Below, piece after piece: positions 10,591-24,712 of a stretch of DNA of 64,000 nt. Position 1 is the first letter of the stretch; every line of letters starts with the position of its first letter. Location: positions 94,426,001 to 94,490,000 of the forward strand of contig NC_043005.1 of assembly GCF_006345805.1 (NCBI RefSeq), in the 5' to 3' direction. This DNA comes from Octopus sinensis. Lineage: Eukaryota. Both the position numbers and the translations under genes were made by a program. A model generated the notes under the pieces. It was not told where the DNA came from. It did no database searches and saw only the letters and a program-made list of their open reading frames with translations.

Positions 10591-11201
10591 AAAGATCAGC
10601 AAACCACCCCGTGTGTAAATATATGTGTGTGTGTGTGTATAATATAAATTATATATATATATGCATATATATATATATATATATATATATAGTAATATAT
10701 ATGCGCGCATAGCAGAATTTTGGAGGGAAAATTTACGGTCCCAGTCGTTTACTTAGTTTTAACTTATGCACACTTCCCCCCACTATCTGATGACGCCTGG
10801 TCAGAGGTGGAGGTTGATGGCATTTGATAAATCTATCGAATATGGTGCTGACGAAAGAATTTAGGCAATTTCTAGCGTACGATCTAGAAACATGTTCACC
10901 ATTAACGGTAAGAGATTGTTTTCGTTTATTTACTACTCCGATTTTGCGTATGTGAATCGCAGGGTTGTGTCGTATATGGAGCCTCCACTTGTAGAAAATG
11001 GAATTAAACAGTCTCTGACTGCCATTTCTAATTCTTTCGGTATGCGGCAGAGCAACCTGTTGCCTGCCGTTTTAATTACTACTATATATACTGAACTCTA
11101 CAGAAGTTCCAGACGCTAAAAGTCATATTTACATACCGAATTTTACCGGTAAATAATCGTTGGTTGTCTAAAAAACCACGAAAGAATTTATTTGCCCTTT
11201 T

Positions 11202-11237
<36 letters not shown>

Positions 11238-11246
<9 letters not shown>

Positions 11247-11920
11247 GTAACCGCTAGACAACGTTCAGAGATTTATTATTGCTTGCAGACAGTTTCTCGA
11301 AATATATATAATGGGGAAATTATACAAAATGTATAAATAGACAATGAGTAAAGCAACAGTACAGTTTCAATTACCTGTTGTTATCCGTAGATTTATTGCA
11401 GGAACTTCATAGTGGTGGAAGTGTTAACAGTATTAATAAAATAGTTGGAAAGAAAAAAGATTTTATTGGGTACGACACATGGGTCTGGGTCTCTTCGGGT
11501 ACATCTATAAAAAGTCTTACGAGAGATTTTCAGATTCGGTTTTACATACCGTTATATATCCATCAGCTTCGAGGATATGTAAAAGGTAGAGAAACATTGA
11601 AACGCAAAACCTTAAATATATATTTGCAAACAGGTTTCTCTTCATCGAAAACCGGTGATTACCGTGCGTTGACAAGAGGCAAATACCTCGAAACTGCAGT
11701 CCGTGCGTATCACTAAGGTTTTCGAGAGAGGGATGACCTCCCCTTGCAAATATCATAAGGGCACAGAAAGTGTGCCTAAAGCCAGCTGGAGACGATGATC
11801 TCCTGGGGCTAAAAGCTACAGTAACACCCACCATTAGTGGTTAGCCATATTGAGATGGCTAGTATACTTTACGTTGTCGAGCGGTTACTGTTTACATCTC
11901 GTTCAGAGATTTATTATTGC
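11238..11920 (-). mobile_element. Penelope-like 3' fragment with terminal repeats
   Basis: Minus ORF end HILEADGYITVCKTESENL resembles a GIY-YIG C-terminus. A 21-bp direct repeat sits at both ends, and the duplicate copy holds a degenerate hammerhead. Confidence 0.5.
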
Positions 11921-12031
11921 TATATATATATATATTATATATATATATATATATTTTCCTGAGCGCCTAATAATAATAATACTGTAATTGTTCCACGTGT
12001 TGTTGTTTTTTCTGTTTTCCCGTTTGGATTA

Positions 12032-12035
<4 letters not shown>

Positions 12036-12107
<72 letters not shown>

Positions 12108-12160
12108 CATATATACATACATACATACATACATACATACATACATACTTACATACATAC

Positions 12161-12230
<70 letters not shown>

Positions 12231-12239
12231 ATATTATAT

Positions 12240-12293
<54 letters not shown>

Positions 12294-12300
12294 TATATAT
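12036..12300. repeat. Compound (TA)n/(CATA)n microsatellite
   Basis: Direct reading. Confidence 0.95.
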
Positions 12301-13199
12301 TCATGCGGAGTTGCGTAGTGTACACAAACACACACACACAAACATACATGTATATATGTATATAAATGAGTATCACCGTCTGAAATGAATGACTGTCAGC
12401 AAACTTACCAATTCTCTCCCAGAGATCAGTCTCATTTCAAACAACAGCGCTAGACAACGTTGAATTTAGAACCGCTGGTGATGTTGTAGGTGGTGGTCAA
12501 TAAAAACCTGATCGCATTACAAGTCGGTGAGAATCTCGAGGACAAAATCATTTTCTTTTGAAGTATTGATGAAACATAAACTGTTCATAATATGTTATAC
12601 AATAAACGGAAGGTTGCATAAGAGACAGAACACAACGTTCATTGCAACAATAACTGAGAACAAAAAATATCAAAAAGTTAATGTATTAAATGTTTGCAAA
12701 CTGTTTTTTATTCAATTATTTTCAAAATGGGTCACCGAGCAATATTGATTTGACAAAATGGGTCAAGCGCGGTAGTAAACGATTGGAAAGCGATGATCAA
12801 CACTCTTGACTTTACCATTAGTCCGATGGTGAGTTGGTTCGACTAGGAAAAGATTTCACCTATTTCAAGATTTAAAACGAAATCTGTTCGTTGTTTGAGA
12901 AAGTTCCAACACAAAAAGATGACCTATTTGTAGAGTAATATAACTCTTTTGTTCGTTAATCAACTGAAAAGGATGGTGACTGATACAATACTCCCCCTCC
13001 TCCATTTTTGCATCACTTGATATCCTTTTTCACTCTATTAATGTTTTATCTATAGAGTGGAAGCAATGACATTAAGATTATGACAGAGAAAAAATAAAGG
13101 ACATCGATATATTGAAGACAATACATTACATACACAAACACACAGACATACGCGCGCATACACTTACATTATGTACATACACATATATTATAGACATAC

Positions 13200-13208
13200 G
13201 TATATATA

Positions 13209-13256
<48 letters not shown>

Positions 13257-13271
13257 ATGTGTATGTATATG

Positions 13272-13357
<86 letters not shown>

Positions 13358-13420
13358 AACACACATATACACACATACATATATATATGTATATATATAT
13401 ATATATATTATATATATACA

Positions 13421-13456
<36 letters not shown>

Positions 13457-13465
13457 TATATATAA
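13200..13465. repeat. Compound (TA)n/(TG)n/(CATA)n microsatellite
   Basis: Direct reading. Confidence 0.95.
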
Positions 13466-13760
13466 TGGGGAAATTATACAAAATGTATAAATAGACAATG
13501 AGTAAAGCAACAGTACAGTTTCAATTACCTGTTGTTATCCGTAGATTTTATTGGGTATCATACCCAATAAAATCTTTTTTCTTTCCAACTATTTTATTAA
13601 TACTGTTAACCCACATGTTTCGATCCGTTCTGGGTCTCTTCGGGTACATCTATAAAAAGTCTTACGAGAGATTTTCAGATTCGGTTTTACATACCGTTAT
13701 ATATCCATCAGCTTCGAGGATATGTAAAAGGTAGAGAAACATTGAAACGCAAAAAATTTA
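13465..13760 (-). mobile_element. Rearranged duplicate of the 11.3-11.6 kb Penelope-like segment
   Basis: Near-identical to about 11310-11605 but with an internal fold-back inversion. Confidence 0.7.
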
Positions 13761-13877
13761 AATATGAACTTGAAAATTATACATTTCAGTTTAGAGAAAA
13801 TGGCGTAGTAAGCCTTCGCTGTTATAACTGTTAAGAGAAAGAAAAAGATGTAGAAGTTGAAAGGAAGATAATACTTA

Positions 13878-13898
13878 TATGTATGTGTGTGTGTATGT

Positions 13899-13980
<82 letters not shown>
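13878..13980. repeat. (GT)n microsatellite
   Basis: Direct reading. Confidence 0.95.
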
Positions 13981-13981
<1 letters not shown>

Positions 13982-14716
13982 TGTGATTATGCTTACGGAT
14001 CTTAAACCGGTGTTATGGAAAAAGCATGACTAAGCCATTTTATCGATAAATTTAGTCCCGCAACGAATTAGCATCTTGACATCTGTGCCTCTCAAAATTT
14101 TTTGGACACCTCAGAAACTGCTGAAATAAAACGTGAATATATCAGTCTCTTGCTTGTCCTCAAACATCTAAAACAGTTGGTCTATGATGTAATTGTATTC
14201 TTTGATTCATCATTGGCAACCATTCAATCTATGAGGTAAGGTCAACATTATCATATATATTATAATGAACAAATATGTGCTAATTAATTAAAATTACACC
14301 GGTAACGAAAAGAATGTGTCGCTATTACTAGCACAACGATCAATTCTAGTAAAGAAAGGCAAGAGAAACAGTGATACATCAAAAATAGAATATGGGCAAT
14401 GCACATGGGAGTGAGTCTGATTTTGGCGGTATTGTAACAACTCTAGAGTAACAAATATATTCACACAGTACAGTCTGAAAAATGTGACACTTTCTTTCTT
14501 TCTTCCTTCCCTCCTTTCTTTCATTCTTTCTTTCTCGCTTTCTTTCTTTCTCTCTCTCCCTCTCTCGCTCCTCTCTCTCTTTGCATCTGTATCTACTTAT
14601 TTACGTATGTATATGCATACATACATTATGTATGTATATATATATATAAATATATATTATTCTTTTACTCTTTTACTCGTTTCAGTCATTTGACTGTGGC
14701 CATGCTGGAGCACCGC

Positions 14717-14762
<46 letters not shown>

Positions 14763-14834
14763 TAAATACGTACATGAGGAGGAGGAGACCCCCACTTCAG
14801 TCATGAATGACCATGGGATTGCACTTAGAAAGTG

Positions 14835-14879
<45 letters not shown>

Positions 14880-15767
14880 ACACTTCGTTCAAACTGAAAG
14901 TATTATCTCACATTACAATAGAGACATAATACTGGAATAGTGTATGAGCTAAGAGATTGCAATGGGCTCGCATTAGGCAAGAAGTTGGAAATTTTTTGGC
15001 CAAAGACACTGCATGCACCTTGGCTTTTGTATTTGACGACTGTTGCTTTAAGTATTTTATTTCGATTTTCACTGACGTAGTGGTAAGAATAAATCCTGAG
15101 GTCAATTTTTTCGACTAAAACCGTTTAAGGCGGTGCTCCAGCATGGCTGCAGCCAAATGGCTGAAACAAGTTAAAGAATGCTCACTCACTACCACCCCCA
15201 CTCAAACTAGGCGATATGTATACTTCTTGACATTCTCTGCATGAAAATCAAATGGTATGAACGATGTTGATGCTCGGACAATTAATTTAATGATCCAAAT
15301 AATTAATATTGTCTCTGGGTTTTAATCTATAGGTCTTTCCTCCTGTCACCCGTCTATATTCTGATTTCAAACACAGTTGACTCTTATTTTCTCAGCTCAG
15401 CAGCTTTTTGTCAATATTTGTCCCATATGAACTCTAATTGAGCAGACCAATGAGTAAAGGTGTCCCACGACCAACCCATGTTTTTCTTTTCCCATATGTA
15501 GTTGATTTACGATTAGATTATCCAAAGTGACGTTTGAACGCTGTATGCGATTTGGGGGATATTTGAGTTACTCTCTCTCTCTCTTTTACTTGTTTTAGTC
15601 ATTTGACTGTGGCCATGCTAGAGCACGACCTTTTCAGCCCTGATCAAGTAGACCTGTGATCAAAGGTGTAGCAGCTTTAACTTAGCCCTTGTGTATCTTT
15701 TCACCCTTAAGGCAGTAGGATATAGCTAAAGGGTATTTGGTTGTTATTTCTAATAGGACTCTCTTTG

Positions 15768-16065
15768 TACTCTTTTACTTGTTTCAGTCATTTGACTGTG
15801 GCCATACTGGAGTACTGCCTTTAGTCGAGCAAATCGACCCCAGGACTTATTCTTTGTAAGCCTAGTACTTATTCTATCGGTCTCTTTTGCCGAACTGCTA
15901 AGTTACGGGGACGTAAACACACCAGCATCGGTTGTCAAGCGATGTTGGGGGGACAAACACAGACACATAAACATACACACACATACATATACATATGTAT
16001 ATATACATATATACGAAAGGCTTCTTTCAGTCTCCATCTACCAAGTCCACTCACAAAGCTTTGAG
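15768..16065 (-). mobile_element. tRNA-derived SINE (same family as 6454), 5'-truncated
   Basis: Reverse complement of the body and tail of the 6454 copy. Confidence 0.8.
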
Positions 16066-16726
16066 TACTACTTTTAGCACTCAAACTACCTTCATTTGTT
16101 TCTCTCATTAGTTTATGTTCAGAGAGTTAATGTAACGATGCTTAGCCCTTGCAGCAGAATATTCTAGATTCATCTAAAGTACATTCTATAGAAGTGAAGC
16201 AACCTAGTCAGATTTTGCTCTGGTTAATGCTCTATGAATTGGTGGTTAATCTCCAGACAAAAGAATATCAGGGATTTATCTATTCAGTATAGGATTTACA
16301 AAGATGTAACGCAAAGAAAATTTCAAACATTAAGTTGACAGATATCGTTGCCTGATCATGATGATAGACATAATCCTCATTAAAATTACCAAGTTATCAT
16401 TACCAGAACAAACAGCACCATAACCACTACAACCACCAAGATCATAATTATTCTCATGAGTCAAGATCCTCTTTGTAGTCGCACATATCGTTAGAAATAG
16501 CAGTCACATCTCTAAAAGCACAGCCTACCGTCTTAAAAACTCGAAGAACATAACCCAGCACATGGATGCCCGTGAAAGACAGAGGCCCATAGTTGTAATG
16601 TATTTTGCTTGTCGGCATGTCTGACCAGAGGTGTTGGCTAAACAGTAGCAGCAGCAGTGGAAACAACAACCGAAATAGCAACAGCAACAGCAACAGCAAC
16701 ATGAAAATCTTGGCTGAGTGATAAAG

Positions 16727-17075
16727 AAGCTCGCTTGGAAACCACGTGGTTTCAAGTTGAGTCCCACTGGGTGGCACTTTGAGCAAGCTTCTTCTGCTGT
16801 AGCCCTGGGCCGACCAAGGCCTTGTGAGTGAAAATGGTTGACGGAAACTGTGTGGAACCCTGTCATATGTGTGTTTATTCCTCCTCCTCGCTCGACAGCC
16901 GGTGTTGATTTTGTTTACGCCACCGTAACCTAACAGTTCAGCAATAGAAACCAATAGAATACATACTGATTCTTAAAAAAAATAACTACTGGGGTCCAGT
17001 TGTTTGACTAAAACCCTTTGAACAAGGTACTCCGGCAGAGTCGCAGTCCAATGATTAAAACAAGTGAGCGAAAGA
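16727..17075 (+). mobile_element. Diverged tRNA-derived SINE (same superfamily as 6454)
   Basis: AACCACGTGGTTTCAAGTTGAGTCCCACTG..GGCCGACCAAGGCCTTGTGAGTG..GACGGAAACTG. Confidence 0.75.
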
Positions 17076-17619
17076 GAAATATCATTTTCCCTCGTCATCG
17101 TCTTCTTTTGAATCAAACTCGTACGTATCAAGCCTTCGAACCTTTTATCATCTTTGAACTGTGTTCTTCCTTGACTTCAAAAGCAACAATAGCCATCTCG
17201 ACCTTGTAATGATATTTCTTCAACTTAGTCTCTCCATCCCTCTCCTCCTTTCCCTTCCCTACACCTTCATAACAGGTTTGTTTACTTCTATCTACATTGT
17301 GCTCAACCATAGTATGTAACTGAAATAGAACGATATTGTTTTTCTTACTCCAAAGAACGCCACTATTCATCTATTGACCAATCTATTCAAACACTAAAAC
17401 GATAGATGTCGTTTGTCTGATTATAATGATAATCATAACCATCACTAGTATCACCACACCATTACCACCACTACCACTACCACTACAACCGCCACTACCA
17501 TAGGCTAACACGTATCATCTTCGTGGTCACCCATTCTGCTAGCTAGCTTTCATCGATTTCTCAACACTCCTCTTTCTCTCCGCCTCTCTTGAATTCTGAG
17601 ATCATTCAGAACACGGTAA

Positions 17620-18150
17620 ACGGAACCCATGTTGCTCCTATGGAAAACATTCGTTCTCAGTGACTTGGATTACTGTTCCTAGTTATGGTCGTCACGAAGC
17701 GTCAAACCAATAGGAGAATTCGAAGCAATCCAACACCAATACATCAAGAAGATTGCTTCGGTGTAACAGATGACCTATTGGGAGAAGCTAAAAGAGCTGC
17801 GGTTCTCACATCCGAGAGCGAAAATACGAAAGTAATGTTGTGATTATTACATGGAAGATCCTGGAAGGTCTAGCAACCAGCTTTGGGATTCAAAAGCTTT
17901 ATCAATCCCTGGACAGGATGCCACTGTATACTACCGATGGCACCGCTTTCTCCGCCCTGGGCGAGGACCCAATATTGTAATAGTTTAAGGTTCAAAAGCC
18001 CATAGCTTTTCAATAGCTTGCGAAACGTCCTCGGAGGTCTATGAGGAGTAGATGGGGATGTGTTCAAAGGAGATTTAGACAACTTTTATCTAATAAATCA
18101 GATGAAACGACATCATTGCAAGAAATGAGTCTAAAATAAACGAACATGAA
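17620..18150 (+). mobile_element. CR1/L2-type LINE 3' relic
   Basis: Reads WKTFVLSDLDYC..FEAIQ..MTYWEKLKEL..TWKILEG with stops and frameshifts. Confidence 0.65.
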
Positions 18151-18205
18151 CGCTAATGGCAATGTCCTAGCATGCCCTCAGCCTCTGCTGAAATCAATAA
18201 GTGTA

Positions 18206-18206
<1 letters not shown>

Positions 18207-18236
<30 letters not shown>

Positions 18237-18376
18237 TGTATGTATGTATGTATGTATGTATGTATGTATGTATGTATGTATGTATGTATGTATGTATGTA
18301 TGTATGTGTGTATGTATGTATGTATGTATGTATGTATGTATGTATGTATGTATGTATGTATGTGTGTGTGTGTGTG

Positions 18377-18408
<32 letters not shown>

Positions 18409-18435
18409 TGTATGTATGTATGTATGTATGTATGT
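18207..18435. repeat. (TATG)n microsatellite abutting the RTE 5' end
   Basis: Direct reading. Confidence 0.95.
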
Positions 18436-20067
18436 AGACAGCTTCAGGAGAAGTGTGTGGAAAAGGGTCTGGATTTGTATCAGGTTTTTGTCGATCTGAC
18501 AAAAGCCTTTGATACCGTCAATAGAAAAGCATTGTGGAAAGTCCTCCAGAAACTTGGGTGTCCTGAAAAGTTCCCTGCTTTGGTTAGGTCTTTTCATGAA
18601 GACATGAATGGTAGGGTGAATGTAAGAGAGAAAATGTCGGAGCTCATTTCAATACAAAATGGAGTGAAACAGGGGGATATTCTGGCACCGACCCTATTTT
18701 GCGATGGTGTTGTGTATTGCATTCAGAAACTGGAGATACGGTGTTTACATCCATTATCGAACCTCTGGCAGCATATTTCACATCAGGCGCTTTGCTGTGA
18801 AAACAAAGGTATTTACCTCTATCATGAGAGACCTTTTGTATGCAGATGATTGTAAGCTAGTAGCACACACAGAAATTGATATGCAACACATTTTGAATGC
18901 ATTCTCTGATGCTTGCACCGCCTTAGGATTGACAGTCAATCTCAAGAAAACTGTTGTCATGCATCAACCTGCCCGTGGTAAGCAGTATAGTGTACCAAAT
19001 ATCTATGTGTATGGTAAACGGCTTGATGCAGTTGATCAGTTTGTCTACATGGGAAGCACTATTAATAGATATAGCAATTTGGATGATGAAATTCTTTATA
19101 GAATTAGGAAAGCAAGTGTTCTTTTTGGAAGGCTAGAAAAGCGCCTCTGGAGTCGGCGAGACATATGCAGAAAGACAAAGATAAAGGTGTACAAGGCATG
19201 TGTGCTCCCTTCTCTTCTCTATGCCTGCGAGACGTGGGTCACATATCGATACCACCTTAAACAACTGGAACGTTTCCATCAGCTGTGTCTCAGACGGATC
19301 TATGGCATTGAGTGGAAGGACCGCATCAGTGATCTTGAAATATTGGAAGGCTCTCGGTGTGAAAGTATAGAAGCTCTTGTGTTAAAGCAAAGGCTCAGAT
19401 GGAGTGGTCATCTGGTCAGGATGAAGGATTCAAGGATGCCAAAACAACTCTTTTATGGAGAGTTAGCTAAAGGAGAATGACCTCCACATAAACCAAAAAA
19501 GAGGTATAAGGACTTGCTGAAGGCTTCCTTAAGAGATACTTGCATCTCTCCTGACACATGGGAAGGCATAGCTATTGATCGTAGTAGGTGGAGAAGGATT
19601 GTGCATTAGGGGACAGCCACTTTTCAGAAATCTCGAGTTGCACATGAGAACGTAAGGAGGGATGTCAGGAAGGGCATCGTTGTTACACTTCCAGATGGGA
19701 AGGGTCTTGCTATGATGCTGACATGCAGTGTCAGTAAAGCTGGACTAAAGAGTCATCTTCGTAGTCATAAAGCGAGACAGATGAGTGACAACGTGGCCAC
19801 TGGTGGTGGTGTTACATACCATACTAATCATATCTGTCAGGCATGTGGAAGAGAGTGTAATTCGGCAGGAGGACTTAGGCGACATGCAAAGGTACATGAA
19901 GCCCAGTTACAGCTACAGCCGGCTATTACCGGTAAAGGTTTTAGCTGCCAATTCTGTACAAGACATTGTAGATCTTTGGCTGGGCTAAAAAGTCACATTC
20001 GATCACAGCACCAGTAACAGTTAAGCTTCGTGCAATGGCCATACTCGATAACGAGGGGGCAGCCATA
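18436..20067 (+). mobile_element. RTE-clade LINE, 5'-truncated, RT plus three C-terminal C2H2 fingers
   Basis: RQLQEKC..FVDLTKAFDTV, GVKQGDILAP, LLYADD, LRWSGHLVRM. The finger ORF 19712..20017 is in the same frame as 18704..19480, beyond two stops. Followed by (ATGT)n. Confidence 0.9.
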
Positions 20068-21379
20068 ATGTATGTATGTATGTATGCATATACATATATA
20101 TACACGCAGACACACATACGTACATACATACATACATACATACATACATACATACATACATACATACATACATACATACATTACATTTACGTACATACAT
20201 ACACACGCGCGCACACAACCTTCCCATAATTATATTTTCATTATGAAATCCAGCTGATGCTGAGTCATATTTGACCGGAACATTTTATCCCAATAGCAAA
20301 TTAATGAAAAATGTCATGCTAATGTCGACATCTACTTTTGATTTCCCGAATCCATATTACTAATTAAATATTTTCTCGGATAATACGATTAATTTCATCG
20401 TGGTAGTTTATTGACTCTAGCCCTGTCATCAGCTGATTATTTTTCCCCTTGCCATTTCATATTTGTTTTGTTTCTATTATATTCAATGGTCTGTGTCTCA
20501 GGCTTTTAAAAAAAATATTAGCTAGATTATTGCTTTCAGTTGCTGTAAGTTTGACTAAATATATTGTTGGTTCTTGTTTTATTGCATATGATTAGTGTAG
20601 AAAATTTACTGTAAAGCGTGTGCGTTTTTCTTAGCTTTGGACCTAGGAAGAGATCGGTTTTGTTGAAATATCAAGAATGTCGCTTTACCCAATCGACCCA
20701 TCTGAACCGAGGGGTAACGAGCAGTGCTGTGACGGTCAACACCAGTACCAATATCATCAGAGTAGCAACAACATATCAAAAACAACCAAAAGTTTATAAT
20801 TCTGCAATCATCATCACCACTTGTAAGAAAGCCATCTCCCTTGCTCACCTAAGCAATGAGTTCCTGTGCTGTACACTCACTTGCTAAGGAAAGAGCCTTC
20901 ACTAAAAAATATAGGGCTTTCATTTTCCGGTTTGATGTGCTGACCCTTCCTGAAGTAGAGAGTGAAGTAAAACACCCACATCATGCACAAATGTATAAAT
21001 ATGAAAAGCAAAACAACCACTCCACATCGGTGACTGATGACGCGGAGAGTGCCATATTGCATGTATATAAAAGGATAGCGATGGCATTGTATGCCATTGC
21101 AGAATAAGCTAAGAGGCGTTCGACCATAGCATGTTCCTCCATGGACTATATGCCACTGCCATCATAAATTGGGAGGGAGATAATGAAGGTGATACTGAAT
21201 GGTGTGTCACTGGATAGAAGCATCATTTTTGATAACGATGCTGGAAGAGCATGGGAAGTTTATCGACTCAAATAGCACGAATATCAGAAAAAAGCAACTG
21301 CAATACCTCTCTCACCGCTACCGACGATGTGATGAAGTGTAATTTAATGTGGTTTAGTATTATAATGCGGTGCAAATGA

Positions 21380-21510
21380 AGGCCCGTGGCATAATGGTTG
21401 GAGATGTTCAGCTCATGATCAAAACGTCGTGAGTTCAATTTCTGGATTAGGCAATGACGTGTTCTTGAGCAAGACACTTCATTTTACTTTGTTCCAATCT
21501 ACTCGACTGT
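21380..21510 (+). mobile_element. tRNA-derived SINE fragment (second family)
   Basis: A-box-like TGGCATAATGGTT, B-box-like GAGTTCAATT, then TTGAGCAAGACACTT core. Confidence 0.6.
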
Positions 21511-21844
21511 GACTACCAGTTGGCGGGTGCAGCTCTCTCTTTCTCTTTCCCTCCTCTCTCTCTTCCTCTTTCCCCCTCCCCCCTCTCTCTCCTGGCCTTT
21601 CTCTTTCTTTATAACTGTCACATCCTGTAAATGCCGCTGGGTCAAGAACGAAGAGGCTAAGAAGCTAGATATACCTGCTCGTGATCACATGGGCACCCGA
21701 AACAGTTAACGAAAGTAAGGTACATGTTACTAAGACGTGCTCACTCGTGAGTGACGGTTGGCTGTACGCTAATAATGGTTACTTTTATAAATGTCTGATG
21801 CTCTACCGACTCAGCTACGCGAGAAACAGCAGTGTAATTCTATT

Positions 21845-22160
21845 CTTTACTTGTTTCAGACTGAAGGCCTTAGTCAAACAAATCGACTCCACTATTTGTA
21901 CTTTTTAAAGTCAGGTACTTACTTTATCGGTCGCTTTTGCCGGACCGCGATGCTACGGAGCCATAAACAAACCAACACCGGTTATCAAGCGGTATGGGTA
22001 CAAACGTAAACACACGCACATACATAATACACACACACATGTATACAATGGGCTTCCACACATTTTCTGTTTACCGAATTCAATCACAAGGCATTGGTCC
22101 GTCTAGGATGACATAAAACATTTAATCAAGGTGTTACGCAGTGGGATTGAACCCGAAAAC
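21845..22160 (-). mobile_element. Diverged tRNA-derived SINE
   Basis: Reverse complement resembles the 6454 family head (GGGTTCAATCCCACTGCGT) and tail. Confidence 0.65.
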
Positions 22161-22632
22161 TTGTGGTTGGAGTAATTTCAGAATTCTCATGATTTAAATG
22201 GGTGGCTAATTTATATTTCAAAGCCACCATTCATTTCATAATTCCAGTATGCTTGTGATAAGTCATTTGGAAAAAACATGAACATCACGGCCTCCATTTC
22301 CTGTGCTTTTTAAAACAATAAAGAAAGCATTAGATTATGTGCCATTGAAAAGAAAATGCTATTCTAATATTTCCACACCAAATGTTTCGTTTCCTCGCTA
22401 CTGGCATCATGTGGAAGTGGAATTTTGCCAAACTTTGACTGCTGTAGTTTGTCTTGGCACCAGGTATAGTCATCTCAAGATAATTATCTGCTTACATTGA
22501 TTCCAGAGAAATGTTTAATCAACCAACAAAAGATCAGAAATCAGTGATATCACCCATACTGAAAAATTCTCTGTCTAGAAGTGAATTCAACATCCTCATT
22601 GGCGAATAGTTAAAGCAGTTAGGCTTTAGTTC

Positions 22633-22663
<31 letters not shown>

Positions 22664-23794
22664 TGTGTGTATGTATACACATATATATTCATATATTTTT
22701 CTATCTATATATGTATATATACATAGATACAAACACTCACACCCCTACACACATATATACACATACGCATAAATATATAGGTGTGTGTGTGTGAGCGTAC
22801 GTGTGTGTGAATGTGTATGCGCACAAATACGCTCATATGTGTTCTTATACGATATCTAAATGTAATTCCCTTCACATGAGTTATATCGTTTTTAATTATC
22901 AACAAATTATTTATATTCAACAATGGGAAACAATATGGAGCGCAATATACAGCTCAGCATGATTAAAATAACAGTTCTGTGTGTGTATGTGAAAACATTT
23001 AATGATCATTGCATATTTCATTTGTTAAACAGTTATTACCAGCTTTGGCAAGACAAGGACTGTAATTCCGTGAACTGCTTAAGATATAATTGGCTGCCTC
23101 GTCTGTGGAAAACCGATTATCTAAAGTATAGAGATACTAACAAACAAACCGTATCATACATAATCGCAGGTGTAGATCTGATATTTTTTAGTCACACATT
23201 TATGTATTTAAAGGAATATATTTTTTTGCTGCGTTGCATGAGATACAATAAAATTTTATGTTGTAATCTATTGCTATCAGCAATATTCTAAGTACTCTTA
23301 CAATATTATGAAGTCTCACGACTTTATGATACTGTCAGTTTATTTAATGCCTCTCCGCTAGTATGGCAGCCATAATTTTGCCCTAAACATTTACCCTAAA
23401 CTCTTGAAAGTGATCATGGAATTGTGGTCCTTAGCTTAACTAACTGACTGACTAACTGACTGACTAATTAACTAGCTAACTAACTAACTAACAAATAGCT
23501 AGCTAATTAGCTGACTGATTAGCTAGCTGACACACAAATTAGTTAACTAACAAGCTAGTTAGGTAACTAGCTAACTGAGAATATGTATGTATACATGCAT
23601 CTTTAGCTATCATAGACTGCGACCATCGCCTTGAAGGATTTAGTCGAACACATCAACTCCAGCACTTATTTTTTAGGCCTGGTATCTAATCAGTCGGTCT
23701 CATTGCCGAACCGCTAAGTTACAGGAACGTAACAAATCCAACACCGGCTGTCAAGCGGTTATAGGGGACAAAAGCAAACATAGAGACACATTTG

Positions 23795-23829
<35 letters not shown>

Positions 23830-23840
23830 TATATATATAT

Positions 23841-24712
23841 ACGGCATGCGATGGGTAAATTGTCTCCATTTTATATTTTTTATTTTGTGCATGCACATTA
23901 TTTGTTTTGGATTTTGTCGACTACACAGTATAGTAGCGTCAGTTGGGCACTGTCTGTAAGAAAAACAGCAACATTACGTAATTCACTCTGCAGAAATTTG
24001 GAAACGACATGTTGTCCTGCTCGGCATTCGAACCAGTAGCTCCAATACGAAAATTTCAGAGTTTGGTGGCGTGACTCTGAGGACAGTGCAATCTGAGGGC
24101 ATGAACCGAGAGTGATAAAAATCAAACATGGTGTTTGGAGTAATCACTAGTGATGGCGACGTTATGCCATTCATCTTCCCACGCGAACTCTAACTCAATA
24201 CGGAAGTCAACATCAAATGCCTGGAGGCGGTAGTGTTCCCCTGGGTGAAGAAATTGGCTGTTGGAAGACCCATTGTCTGGCAGCAGGACTCTGCACCATG
24301 CCACACAAACAGAACCCACTCATGATTGTCAGACAATTTCTGCGACCACATAACCCCTAAGATCTGGCCACCTAACTCCCCAGACTGCAACGCCCTTGAT
24401 TATTATGTGTAAGGCGCAGCTGAGCGAGAGACCAACAAAACTCCTTGTAACACACCAAAGATGAACAGAAGGCTAGGATTATGGCAGAATTCACCAAATT
24501 AAACGAGGAAACTGCCCAGAAGGGTTGCAGGAGATTCTGAAGTCGTCTGGAGGCCGTGGTTGGAGTCAATGGCGATTTTATTGAATAAATTCACTCTTTA
24601 GTATTTCAAGATATTTTTATGTCATTTTGGTAAATATATCTATTAAAATAAGACGTCGTTGTTATTTTCATTTTTGCATAATTTAGACGATAATTTATTC
24701 ACCAAACCCTAT
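23841..24712 (+). mobile_element. Tc1/mariner (maT, DD37D-like) internally deleted relic in (TA)n
   Basis: MVFGVITSDG, WQQDSAPCH..WPPNSPDCNALDY with spacing near D37D. TA runs flank both ends. Confidence 0.75.

Noticed and set aside
14090-14245. RNase H-like peptide (AEIKREY..VIVFFDSSLATIQSM) or exon ending GAG|GTAAG
   Set aside because: Too short and degenerate to support.
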